Origin: Octopus bimaculoides
Lineage: Eukaryota
Assembly (NCBI RefSeq): GCF_001194135.2
Contig: NC_068983.1
Span: 122,088,590-122,152,589 of the forward strand
DNA length: 64,000 bases
Direction of reading: 5' to 3'
Numbering within the stretch: position 1 is the stretch's first letter; each line of letters starts with the position of its first letter. Below are positions 1 to 12,770 of the stretch, in pieces. Below the pieces are notes generated by a model that was not told the DNA's origin, ran no database searches, and saw only the letters and a program-made list of their open reading frames with translations. A program made the translations under genes and the position numbers.

Positions 1-63
1 GAATCTGCACCTTAAATATGTAATCCATACTTGTTCTATTTATCTGTTTCTTTATCTCTCTAG

Positions 64-3000
64 GCATATTTAACTCAGTCATCACAACTTTATTTGGAAA
101 CCTGCCTTCCATCTCTTGGTGACACATTTTGCATTGCCCCTTCATTCCGTGCTGAATTATCTCGTACAAGACGACATCTTTCTGAGTATGTGGAAGGATT
201 ATTTTTTTTATATTTCTATAATTCATTAGTTTTGAGTACTTAAGGTCCATAAAGCAGCTGGTTTGTATTCAATAGGTTCAAATCCTATCTGAAACTTAGT
301 ATTGTTGCTTAGCTTCATATCAACACTGATGAAAAAAGGCCTATGATTAAAGAATGACTATCCCTTTTTCCCAAACACAGTGTTTCTATGACATACCTAT
401 CCAATCTGATCTTTCCTTTATTAAGGCAGCAGGATGTAATTTGAGAGATTTGGCTGTTATTTCCTGCTTGCCAAGTGACTATATAAAAGCTGCCATTTTA
501 GTTTGAAACTTGGTGTGATATGTAAAGTAGCTAAGTTTAACAGTAAGTACATGGGTAAGATGTGAACCTTTAAAGAATCATGACCTGGTGTCTTGTCTGA
601 TGCACAGTGATCAACTTTATTCAAACAACTGATATTCTTCTGTATTATTTTCTTTACTATAACGTGGGTGTTGGGTGGCTATATTTATGAGATTCTTGGC
701 TGCAATAGTGGTTTTAATTGCACAGAGGTGGTGTGGTAGTATTGATTGTAGTTGTGGAAGCAATTGTAAGTGTACGAAGATAGCTGTTGTGATGGAACTT
801 GTGGCTGCTGGTGGTGAGGATCTGTTGTGTGGCAATGACTAATACTCTACAGATTATAGTCTCTTGTGACTTTCTCAAATAGTATCCTGAAAAACATGAT
901 ACTCTACTAACATCATTAAAACAGTACCCTTTAAAACAATAAAACCTTGCCATATATGGAAACTCCAAACTATTACACAGCAGAAATTTACTTCTCATTG
1001 ACAGCCCTGGTGCAAAATATATCCACCTATCTCATTTCATCTAGTCAAAGAAATAATGTTTACTATTGAAAAGGACATACAGATATAAAGAAAAACAAAA
1101 CAAGACTTTTCCATCATCACTATCATGTAACATTTGTTTTCCATGCTGGCATGAGTTTGGATGGTTTGACAGGAGCTGGCAAGCCAGAAGACTGCACCAA
1201 GCTTCAAGACCTTGAAAAAAGTTGTGCTTTTACATATCTATTCAATCCATACTAGCATTGGAAAATGATGAGGTTCTGGAAACAAAATTGGTTATCCACT
1301 TAGGTATAGATAGCATATACTTTATATTGTATCTGAGGTACAGTCACTGAGTGATATGGCATTATAGGTTATAGTTACTAATGGCATAGAGTGTTGAGTG
1401 GTATAGAATAACAATTGCTGAGGGTTGGATGTAATGAATGAGTCTTATAAGGTCCTCAGGCACACCCTCCTCTGGGTCCTATCAGAAGCAACTGTCATTA
1501 CACTTTCTGGTTGAATTCCCAAATGTGATCAACCGAGACTATGGATATTATCCAACCATCTTATTTTTGGTCTATCCTTTAGGTCTCTTAGCCATTTGAT
1601 TCAGCTTGAAGAATCTTGCTTGGGATTGTTTCCTACTGTATTCTAATCGTGTCTGTAGTACTGGTGATGTATAGCAATTAAAAAGAAAGAAACTAAAAAT
1701 TAGTGATGGGTGGCATTGGTGAAAGACAATAAAATAATTTTACATGTCATAAGATGTGATTTCTTGTGTCTCGTGTAGGGGTCTTCTTGAAGAGTATATA
1801 TATAGCAATTAAATGGTTTAATGTATGATTTCTTTTCGTTGAACTTTATAGTCAGCCTTTCTTGTGAGCAAACACACATGCTTAGTTGACCACACTCAAC
1901 TTCTTCCTCTCAGATTATTTAAATAATTCAGTACACTAAAATATATTTTTATGGTTAAAACGTATACAGTCTGCTTATGGGTTGAAATTTGGCAAAATAT
2001 ACCTAAAGTTATTAGTAATATAGGACAGATACCAAATTAATTGCAGTTTCAGATTTATTGACCTTTGTCAGAGTTTTCTTAATTCCATTGCAGTGATGGA
2101 AGAAAATTCATACCTGTGCAGATAATGCTTAAATTTACATAGATTATTGCATATCCTTCTATCACATTATCATGTTTCACTAACTGCACACTATCATATG
2201 GATATGTTTCACTAACTATACACTATCATACAACTATGTTTCATTAACCACACACCATCATACAACCATGTTTCACTGCCTGCACTATCACACATCTGCA
2301 TTTTACTGGCCATCCAACATTACAGAGCTATATTTCACCAACCATAAATCATCATCCCATTATGTTTCACTGACTATACATTATAACAGTAATATTTCAC
2401 TAATCATACACTATCATGCAACTGTTTCACAATCTATACACTATTATCAACACTACATATTACAAATGCCAGCTGAAAACTTCTTACTCTATTTTTATTT
2501 CATCATGTTTATTTTATCAATCTATCTCACTAATAATTATGGTTTCCTTGTTTTCCTGCCAGGTACACACATGTAGAAGCTGAGTGTCCTTTCATTACAT
2601 TTGATGAGCTTCTTGATCGTGTGGAATATCTAGTCTGTGATGTTGTTGACAGAGTGTTAAAATCTCCTCTTGGACATCTTGTCCATGAACTGAATCCAGT
2701 AAGTATCTTTAGATATATTTCTGATAGTATTTTATAAAACGCAGCCTCAGCACATGGCAACTGAAATCACTATGGTATAAATAAAGTCATAATTAGTGAG
2801 GTCATTGTTGCAAACTATTTTGTTATGGGTGAAATGTTGTTGTCAATGCGTATTTTATCTGTTTGTCAACCAATATTTTCATACATAATGAAAAATCAAT
2901 TTTTTTAGTACAAAAATATGTACAACTGAAATTACCTCAAAAACCATCCCCAATTCACTTTTATCTTCATAGATTTATTTATATTCTTTAGCATTTGTAA

Positions 3001-3823
3001 CAGATTTTATATAAAAACAATTCTTATAATAAAAACCATCAAATATGAAGTGGGATTGTTATATATTTTTAAACCAAGTTGACCATGACTAACAGCATAA
3101 ATGAAACATGTTTAAGGACATGTTATAATCTCTTTGAGGCTTATATTGGGAAATTTCACTCCCTTCTAGTTGACATTCTCAAAGTCATATCTATGTATTT
3201 ATTATTACATTTTTTTCCAGACTTTCCAACCTCCTAAACGTCCTTTCAGAAGAATGGCTTATAAAGATGCTATTGAATATCTAAAGGAGCATGACATTCG
3301 AAAAGAGGATGGTACTTTCTATGAATTTGGAGAGGTTAGTATCATTGGATATAAATGAGTCAACCCCTGTGTTAGTTATTTAATAATTTAGATTGTATCA
3401 ATTGTATTATCTTCAGGTTTCATATATAAAACCTATGGAAAGTAAGTTACTATACTAACTATACTCAAGTGTTCCCTTGAATGGTAGATTTAATTTATTG
3501 CCCAATTTAATACTGCCATCTAACCCTTTGATGCCTTTAGCAGAATCCCTCCTGGTGATGATCCTATTAAATGACTTAGCATGTAATGACTAATTATATT
3601 CTTGGTTTTGACCTTTACTCATCTCTTTTACCACTGTCAACTCAGGTAATATGTAATTCCTTCTATAATAGTTTAGTGTAGGCAGTCTAAGAGAACAAGG
3701 ATAGCAAAACATAAATGATATACGTTAGAGGCCTGGTAAATCAGGTGAGCTAACCTCTAGGCCAGTGGTTCCCAACTTGAGGTTCGCAAAAGTAGTACTA
3801 GGGGTCCGTGAAGTAAATTCAAA

Positions 3824-3871
<48 letters not shown>

Positions 3872-4176
3872 NNNNNNNNNNNNNNNNNNNNNNNNNNNNN
3901 NNNNNNNNNNNNNNNNNNNNNNNNNNNNNNNNNNNNNNNNNNNNNNNNNNNNNNNNNNNNNNNNNNNNNNNNNNNNNNNNNNNNNNNNNNNNNNNNNNNN
4001 NNNNNNNNNNNNNNNNNNNNNNNNNNNNNNNNNNNNNNNNNNNNNNNNNNNNNNNNNNNNNNNNNNNNNNNNNNNNNNNNNNNNNNNNNNNNNNNNNNNN
4101 NNNNNNNNNNNNNNNNNNNNNNNNNNNNNNNNNNNNNNNNNNNNNNNNNNNNNNNNNNNNNNNNNNNNNNNNNNNN

Positions 4177-4223
<47 letters not shown>

Positions 4224-6508
4224 AGGATGAGCATATTAAAAAGTATCTGTGAGAAAACTCATTTAAATAAAAGGGTTGGAAACCACTGCTCTAGGCATGA
4301 ACCACATCTTGTTTACTGTTGTTACATATGTTGGTGAAAGGGAATGCACTGAATAACACAAAACAATTTTAAAAGCTAGTATAGCTTGAATGAGTCATTG
4401 TTGTTTGTAAAATAGGAGTGGTCTTTACCTTATTTTACCATGTATTGGTTACAAGGTAGAGCAGAGGCATGTGAGATGGTGTGGGTCCTAGGAAAACCTG
4501 CATGTGATGTGATCCCAGTTACATCAGACATCTGTATACTAGCGGACAGCTAGGTCTTTGTTGGTCCAATTGGCCAGAGCTGACTCTAGTCTTCAGGCCA
4601 CATCAAGTTCTTTCATCATGTGGAGGACCTCACTGTCGAGAGTGTGACTACAAAGCACTTATTTATCCCTCCATCTAAATTCGATACTTAAAATTATTTT
4701 ATTTAATTATTTTCCCCTGATAATTAAAACATCTTATAACTCTGCTTTTGAAGCTCAATGGAATAAAATAGAAACCTGATTTGAAAATCTGGTAATGGGG
4801 CAGTGGTTGACAATAGGAATACTGCTTCAAAAAACAAAATCTTCATCTAATCCATGCCAGTATAGAAAAATGGATATTCAATAAAAATGAATATTTATGT
4901 GAAAGTTAGGCATGTAAAACTGATTTTTTTTTTTCTTTTTTAGGACATTCCAGAAGCACCTGAAAGGAAAATGACAGATCAAATAAATGAACCAATCCTT
5001 CTGTGTCGATTCCCAGCTGAAATTAAATCTTTTTATATGCAGAAATGTGCAGATGATCGTGCTGTCACTGAATCAGTAAGTTTTCAAATAATTTTTTAGC
5101 CTAGAACTTTTATCTGTTACTCTGCCTGCTTCACAATAGAAGCTTTACAATGTGGCCTTAATGTTAAGTTATTTAATGATTTTTTTTTCACATTGTTATA
5201 GGTTGATTTGCTGATGCCAAATGTAGGTGAAATTGTTGGTGGCTCTATGAGGATGAATGATGAAAAGGAACTTCTTGAAGCCTATAAAAGAGAAGGAATT
5301 GACCCGACTCCTTACTATTGGTACACTGACCAGGTAATCATTTGTTGTTCAGAAGATCTTATGGTAATTAATTAATCTATTGTTTGGGAGCAAACCACAA
5401 GATATAGCCAGATATGTTTTAGTCTGCTCTTCCAATGTATTTATTACATTGTTATTATTCAATAGATGTTTGTATGGAGAGCAGTTCCACAACAAATGTG
5501 TGAAAGAATCATTAAAAAACAAAGTCCCATTTCCCAATGTTATACATAAAAGTCTTCTAAATTAGTTTGGGGTGTGAACTGAGGAAGCAGTCTACTATTA
5601 GATGTATTTTTATGTTTGTCTGAATCAAATGAGAAAGTTAGTCTTAAGTGCAGATGAGACTGATATACATAATTGTAGTCATTCAGTGGCAATATTCAGT
5701 CCAATAGGAAGAGGATAGACATGTGGATGAAAAGTTTAAGAAATGGAGTTATTAACTGGAATCTCAAACATGTATATAGTGATGGAGATAAACTGGTATC
5801 AGCCTATTAAAAATAGCTCATTTAATGCTGTCTAAAAGTACAAATATGCAAATTAGACAAGCCACTATGGTGTTAACATAATTTATGGCTGTTTTATACT
5901 ATAGCTAAATGCTCTGTGCTATTGACTGGAGGAAAGAAGTTGAATATGTCTTCTCTGAGGAGCAGTCAACAAACCATGAAATAGTTCATCAAAAGACTTG
6001 CCTCTTATTTTGGCACATCAGTAGCATAGAAAGAATGTATTTACATTCTTTGTTCATCCACAGAGAGGCTTTATAAATTTAAATTTGTTCCAGTTCTGAT
6101 TTACACTACATTGTGCATAAAATAGAAAGATCAATAGTTTAAGCTATGTCAGTTCTAGCATTCACATCTTAAATACGGCAGATTATTCTACTTGCTAAAT
6201 GCTAAGGCTTTCATCTTACAGTTACAATTACATATTTCAAAGACTATCAAGTTATATATGTACACTTGTTCCCACAAGACAAAGAATTATATTTTTAAGA
6301 ATTAGATTTAAAAAAAAAATTCATTTGGTTTGTAGTTGTATTAATAACATGTCTTTGATTTTCATTTCTTTTCCAGCGTAAATTTGGTAGCTGTGAACAT
6401 GGTGGCTATGGACTTGGTCTGGAGCGTTTCCTCTGCTGGCTTCTGAATCGATACCATATCCGAGATGTGTGCCTGTATCCACGTTTCATTGAACGATGCA
6501 AACCTTAA
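64..6508 (+). CDS. NARS1: Cytoplasmic asparagine--tRNA ligase, last six coding exons (5' part lies upstream of the window)
   Basis: Exons 64-185, 2563-2698, 3221-3334, 4944-5075, 5202-5333 and 6377-6508, all GT-AG and phase-consistent. They translate to [51 protein letters not shown]...[32 protein letters not shown]...[17 protein letters not shown]...[50 protein letters not shown]. Contains class IIb aaRS motif 2 (FRAE..RTRRH) and motif 3 ([10 protein letters not shown]). Confidence 0.97.
3763..4288. mobile_element. hAT (Charlie-like) MITE containing a (TA)n microsatellite and an assembly gap
   Basis: TIRs cagtggttcccaac / gttggaaaccactg; perfect 8-bp TSD ctctaggc at 3755-3762 and 4289-4296. 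Confidence 0.88.
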
Positions 6509-6933
6509 CTTTGAGCTGTTGACTATAATCTTTTCTACATAATTAAAATGTAATTCTTAATTTGAAATGCAGCGCTTCATAGAGAACAGGCTCAACTTTC
6601 CAAACCTTACCTTTTATGAACTTCATTTTATTTAACCGTAATCATTTCTTTTCTGTTTTTTATTGACCAATCTGATAAACGCTTCTCAGAAATTATTGCC
6701 TTGCTATTATTATTATTATTGTTGTTATTGTTAAGGTGGTGAGCTGGCATGCAGACAAAAATGCTTAGCATTTCGTCCATCTTGAAAATCCAAGTTCAAA
6801 TTCTACCAGAGTCAACTTTGCTTTTCATGCTTTTGGGGTTGATAAAATAAGAGCCATCTGAGCACTGGAATCAATTTAAATGACTAGCCACCTTTCTCCC
6901 AAAATTTCAGGCTTTGTGTCTATAGTAGAAAGA

Positions 6934-6977
<44 letters not shown>

Positions 6978-9085
6978 GGCAGTGAGCTGGCAGAACCATA
7001 AACAGCTAAATGCTTTCAGGGTTGATATATTAAGTACTAGTCAAGTCCTGGAGTTGATGTGATTGACTATTTCCCCACCACCACTACAAACTCCAGGCTT
7101 TGTGCTTACTGTAGAAAGGTTACTACTACTACTACTACTACTACTATTGTTAGACCAGTGGAATAGCAGAATTACTAGAGTATCAGACAAAATGCATTAC
7201 AGTATTTTTTTTTGGGGGGGGGGCTCTTTAAATTGTCATTTCAAATTCTACCATGGTCAACTTTGCCTTATGTCTTTTGTGAGTTGATAAAATAAAGCAC
7301 CAGTCAAGTACTGGAGGTGATTTAATTGGCTAAACCCCTTCTCCAAATTTCTGGCCTTTGCCTATGTTAGAAACAATTACTATTATGATTGAATTTAATC
7401 CCACCCAAGTTGATAAAATATGTACTAGGTTAATATAATTGACTTTTCTCTCCCCAGAAATGTGTAATCTTGTGCTTAAGATAAAAATCAAACACTTGCC
7501 ATTCTTTTCAACAAACAAGAACTTAATTTACAATAATTAGAAACAGTTAATTAGCAATAATGTTCACATTTTAGCACTGATGGAGATTTGATAGCTAATT
7601 AATGCACTGACAGATGTGTATGAGTGTATATGTATGATTTTAAACATGTGCATGTTGAGTTAAATGTTGCTATATTAGTCTGACATGCATGCAGTTATGG
7701 CAGTTTACTGCTTGGGCAGGATGTAATCAGTGAATTCCATTTCACTTAAAGAGCAAAATATGGCATGGTGAAAGGTTAAGCATCAGAAATTTCCCAGCCT
7801 AACTCTTAGATGTTTTAGGACAGCATTGCATTTGAATAAACATTGTTTCTTGGGTGCAAGTCTCCCAAGCCTACTAATTAAATGACACAAAAGACTGCAT
7901 ATAAGATATACTTCAAAAATATGAATCGATTTAATAAATTTTGTGGTCATTCTTAATAAAAATTTTGATCTTAGAATAGTAGGTAAAAAGAAAATGTTGG
8001 AAAAAAACATTGTTATTTCTTAGTTGATAAAGGCAGTAAGCTGGCAGAATTGTTAGCATGCTGGACTAAATGCTTCGTAGCATTTCTGGTTTTACATTCT
8101 GAGTTCAATAAAGTGATAAATGGGGTTGATGTTATCAACTAGCCCTCTCCCCCAGAATTTCAGGTCTTGTACATATTGTAGAAAGAATTATTTCTTAGCT
8201 CATAATAATAATGATAATTACATATTTTACCAGAAATGTATTAAGAAAACAATTAATTTAAATATAAATGATAAAAGAACTAATTAATCATTTTAAAAAT
8301 AAAAAGGTAGTTACCTTGACTATTTTTGGCTGTCATTGTATATTTGCCTTTTTCATACCCAGTCGTTTCTGACATGTAAATTGAAATACTAATTATGACT
8401 ATATCACACACCAAAATCACCTTAGTAATGAAATGTAATGCATACATCCTTGTCTAATGTTTGCTTATTATTCTAGGTTTTCTTCTTCCGTTAGCTATGT
8501 GGTCCATCATTTCTTTCATCTCACTTTCTCTCACCCTTTCTCTCTTCTCCATTGGGTAAGTGATGGAAATATTGTAACAAAGAAATGTAAAAACGATTTT
8601 GAATGAATAAAGAATAATTTCTGATCTAAAGTTACTATTGTTTTCTGACTAAAAATAAAAACACAACAAATGTAGACCTAACTGCACACTTTCTCACAAT
8701 ATTTGTAATAAGGTCTCAGGTAGACAAACACAAAGGTAGGCAGTGATTGATGGGTATGTGAAGAAAGTACAAAGTAAAAGAGAAAAAGAAAATTTCAAAA
8801 ATTTTTTCAAGGATGCAGTTAATGATCAGTCATGTGCAAAAAAAGAAAGCTATCCAATTTATTTATTGATTTAAACTAGTTGAAAAGAAGATTGAAAAAA
8901 ATGTTATTTATATAAACTTAACATGAGTTACTGTACTTGTGTATTAGTTATATTGTGTGTGTTTATAAATATAGTTAGCATTAAGCAAAAAGTGGGTGTA
9001 TAGACAATGTAACTTAAGATTCTAATCAAAAACATTTCACTTTATAGTTTCCTCAGTTCTGTACCAATATATATATGTTCAATAA

Positions 9086-9297
9086 GGTGGTGAGTTGGCA
9101 AAATTGTTAACATGCCGGGTGAAATGCTTAGCAACATTTAGTCCGTCTTCATGTTATGAATTCAAATTCTGCAGAGGTTGACTTTGCCTTTCATCCTTTC
9201 AGGATTGATAAAATGAGTACCAGTTGAGTACTGGGGTCAATGTAATCAACTTACCCTCTCCCCTGAACTTGCTGGACTTGTGTCAAGATTTGAAACC
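9086..9297 (+). mobile_element. tRNA-derived SINE (family A, about 210 bp)
   Basis: ggtggtgagttggcaaaa (A box) ... gaattcaaattc (B box) ... gataaaatgagtaccag. Other copies at about 6733-6935, 6977-7110, 7165-7375, 8030-8190, 14215-14390, 21240-21370, 22790-22960, 35615-35770 (-) and 48028-48233 (-). Confidence 0.8.
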
Positions 9298-9429
9298 AAT
9301 ATATATGTTCAACAGTAACATCTTCAAGTAAAAGAGTATTTATGAAATAAAAAGGTCTGCTTACTACAAATTGATATATAATGCACTCTCTGCTACCTAT
9401 TAAGAAAAAACTTACCTTGCTGCATTGGA

Positions 9430-10530
9430 AAAAATACTTCTGCTAAAAGCATAGCTAGTCACCATAACATTGCAGAAAGAACTGATATTTTAAGCACACA
9501 AAACCCTTATATAACATTAAATGACCACAAACCAAGCATTTCATATCGTATGACCACTGGATTGTTCAACCCATTGAAAATTGATGTTGGAAGTGTAATT
9601 AAATCTATAAATGATTCATTTTCTACCATTAAACACCAATCTCCATTACAATTCTTGAACAATTCTTTTTCTGTAATTGAATAGTTCATAGCCAACCAAA
9701 ATGAAAATGAATGTCACATCTTCAGTTTGATAACTACAATGATATTCTTCCATCCAACCACAAGAAAATACTCAGCATTGTAATTATGTGAAATTGATAA
9801 CAACATTGAAACAACTGGACATGAAAACAATCTTACAAAAAAACATGTATTCTTTAATTACACCCCAAGGATAAAATTGGTAAAATGAGAATACACAACC
9901 TTTTGACATTAGTTTGGGTGCTAAGAATGCCACTGATGTTAGCAACTTTATAATTATTAATTCAAGTTCCGACATATATCTTTAAGTTTTTATAAAGATG
10001 ATGGTCTCATTATACTTAGAAACTATGATAAACAAAAACACACTCCAAAGAGATTTTATAGCTTTTTTAAGAATTAAGTTTCAAAATCACTTACTACCAA
10101 TACAGAAAATCAACTCAAAAAATACAATGCATTAAAAAATTCTCTAACCACCCAAAGAAAATTATTAGTCTCATCCATCAGAATCTCAACTATCTTTAAA
10201 GAAATGCACATAGTAATGATGAAACTCAAAGAAGTAATGACAAGAGACTTCAACTACCACAATAACAACAAAACCCCAACCTTGACCTAGTAACAGGAAA
10301 AGCAACATGATCTGATCCTATATAATTAAAATATTCTTCAACCTTTTGTATAAACATTTCTCTCCTAACTGCAACAACTATACACTCTGAAATAAAAAAA
10401 ATAAAAAAACATTAAAAAATCTCTTATTTTACAATCCATAACTTCTTGGAAATAGCTCACATCCAGCCATGTAAAACAAAACCAAGAACCAGACAGCCTC
10501 ACTCTAAGTAACTGTAATTCATACATGAAG
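9430..10530 (+). mobile_element. Degenerate Penelope-like retroelement, reverse transcriptase region
   Basis: Frameshifted motifs in the expected order: FDISLGAK (9902), FYKDDGL (9988-10008, RT YxDD), SNHPKKII (10143) and IFFN (10331). These match the FDVTMG / YRDDGL / SNHP / IWFNPP series of GIY-YIG Penelope-like elements. Confidence 0.7.
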
Positions 10531-11581
10531 TTGCTTGGAGGTAGGAGGTGGATGCGAACGGCTGCATTTCATTTTTCATTTTACCTAATTCATCTTTTCC
10601 ATTCATTTGGTTTTTTTTTTTTTTGTCCCCACTTTGTGCTGTCTCCTCTATGTGCGACCTTCATGGTCAATTTCATGAAATAAAGAAGCTTACTTCCCAA
10701 CCACATGGTTCTGGGTTCAGTCATACTGTGTGGCACCTTAGGCAAGTGTTTTCTATTATAGCCTCAGGCTGACCCAAGCCTTGTGAGTGGATTTGATAGG
10801 CGGAAACTGAAAGAAGCCCGTTATATATTTGTGTGTGTGCCCCCCCCCCCAACCGGTGTTGGTGTGTTAACATCCCCGTAATTTAGCAGCTTGGCAAAAG
10901 AGACCGATAGAATAAGTACTAAGCTTACAAAGAATAATTCCTGGGGTTGATTTATTCGACTAAAACCCCTTAAGGTGGTGCTTCAGCATGGCTGCAGTCA
11001 AATGACTGAAACAAATAAAAGAATATACATAGAGAGAGAAAACTGAAAATATTCAAACGATGAACATTCATGTATAAATATATAGATATTTATAGATTAA
11101 CAGAGCAGACTTACACAGAGAACAAAGACACAAAAAATTGAAGGGAGAAGGTATGGTATTACAGGCCCAACAGTTATTTCGGGGGACTGGGAATTATGTC
11201 ATAATATTGGCAGATACATCTGCCAACATTCGCAAAAAGTTAATGATATGCAACCAGTAGTGAAAGCATATAAACATTAGGTAAATCCGGTCTCCATCTT
11301 CAAGGTGGAGAAATACGTATCTATGCAGGTATTCCTACACATCTGTGTACACATTTACACGTGTACATAGATGAATTCTGACCGAATATTTTATCTCACA
11401 AAAAAATAAAAAAGTAACACATCCACTTTTATGCATGATTTGTATTGATCTTTAAACGTACACTATATGTATACTTAAAAATATATGAAGAGAAATACAT
11501 GAGGAATAATAAGAATTCATTAATATCGTAATAGCTTACATGCTACAAATGATGTTAACTGATGTATGGTAAGTGATGGTA

Positions 11582-12770
11582 CAGTGGAAGATACAAGAGG
11601 GATCCGAATTTTTGCCTAGCAGACAGTGCTTGATTAACCAGTAAGCAAGTGCTTGAGGTATCAAAGAAAGTGGGGCACCATAGAAAAGGTAAATGGTTTA
11701 TGGCACAAAAGAAATCCCTTTAAACTGATGAAGTGGTGCTTCTACCCGTATACCTTGGGAGGCTTGCTTCCAGGGTTATTGTAGAAGACATACCCCCCAG
11801 AAGTGGATGTAGCCTGGCTGGTAGCTGCCATACTACTAGGCATGGAGAAGGTGGTGGTCCTCCAGGCCACCAGGCAAGAGCATTCAGGATGCTTTATCTC
11901 TACTATGTATAGAAGCATGCAAATAAAAAAAAGTATAAAACTTTTCAGATATAAATAGAGGAAGTATACAAAAATAAACATTATTTTTCATCTTACATGT
12001 TAGTTTTGTTTCATTTTGAGAAGTGAAAATTTATTTTACGGTTTATTATTATTATTATTTATATTTTGAGTTACATATATATGGGGGCACCTAAATCTTT
12101 TAAATACTTAGGACCTCTATAGATCTTAACCCAGCCCTGCTAGCAGATTATCATCAGTATCTGTCGCAGAGGTGAAGAACTTATCCAGAGTTACTTGACA
12201 TTTACGGTGCACCATCTCTTTATACAGTTCAGTGTGGGAACTGAGCTGAATATTAATTCTTCTTGTAATTTTTATGTTGCATTTACTATTGGAATCGTTA
12301 TCAATGAAAACTTGTAGACCTTTCTCTATACGTGTCAAATCTTTTGCCATATTCTTTTCGATCAATTGATATGGTGCAGATTCTACATCCCCTTCTTGCC
12401 CTGCATCAGTACCTTATTAGTCGAACTTACCCAAGCAACTCAACCACATCATCTACTTTTCAAACCCTATATCATTTATCAGTGTTACAATATCTTGTTC
12501 AACTTGATGTAAGCTCTTTTGCAGGTGGTAAGCCTGCAAAAGCACGAAAGCCATCTGGCCATGTTTTGCCAAATAGCATTCATAGCCAAGAACTTCATTT
12601 CATCACATGATTTCTCTACATTCATAATGTCGAACTTTTTTCAGAAGCCTCAAACTATAGGTTTATCCCCTCCGTCAAGTAATTTTATGATGTGACAGAA
12701 ATAATTCTTCTGAAATCAAACTCTACCGTGTCAAAAAAAGAATAACATTAATTAATGTTATCCTAGACAC
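11582..12770 (-). mobile_element. pogo/Tigger DNA transposon remnant (DDE C-terminal half plus 3' end)
   Basis: ORF 12126-12365 ends ...LYKEMVHRKCQVTLDKFF, a Tigger-like C-terminus. Upstream frameshifted KKFDIMN...MNAIWQ. Candidate terminus TA|cagtggaag at 11580-11590. The other TIR was not found. Confidence 0.65.

Noticed and set aside
617-998. Overlapping minus-strand ORFs in NARS1 intron
   Set aside because: Low-complexity Thr/His-rich translations with no recognisable motif or splice context.
4944-6508. Three consecutive NARS1 exons of exactly 132 nt, phase 0
   Set aside because: The encoded sequences are unrelated to each other and are normal parts of the catalytic domain; no sign of exon duplication.
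10537-10600. ggaggtggatgcg segment as a possible 7SK RNA 5' end
   Set aside because: Lacks the paired GATC motifs and the 3' hairpin; better explained as the end of the Penelope-like remnant.
11742-11981. 79-aa minus-strand ORF as a host exon
   Set aside because: Lies between the Tigger transposase C-terminus and its candidate TIR, so it is probably transposon 3' sequence.
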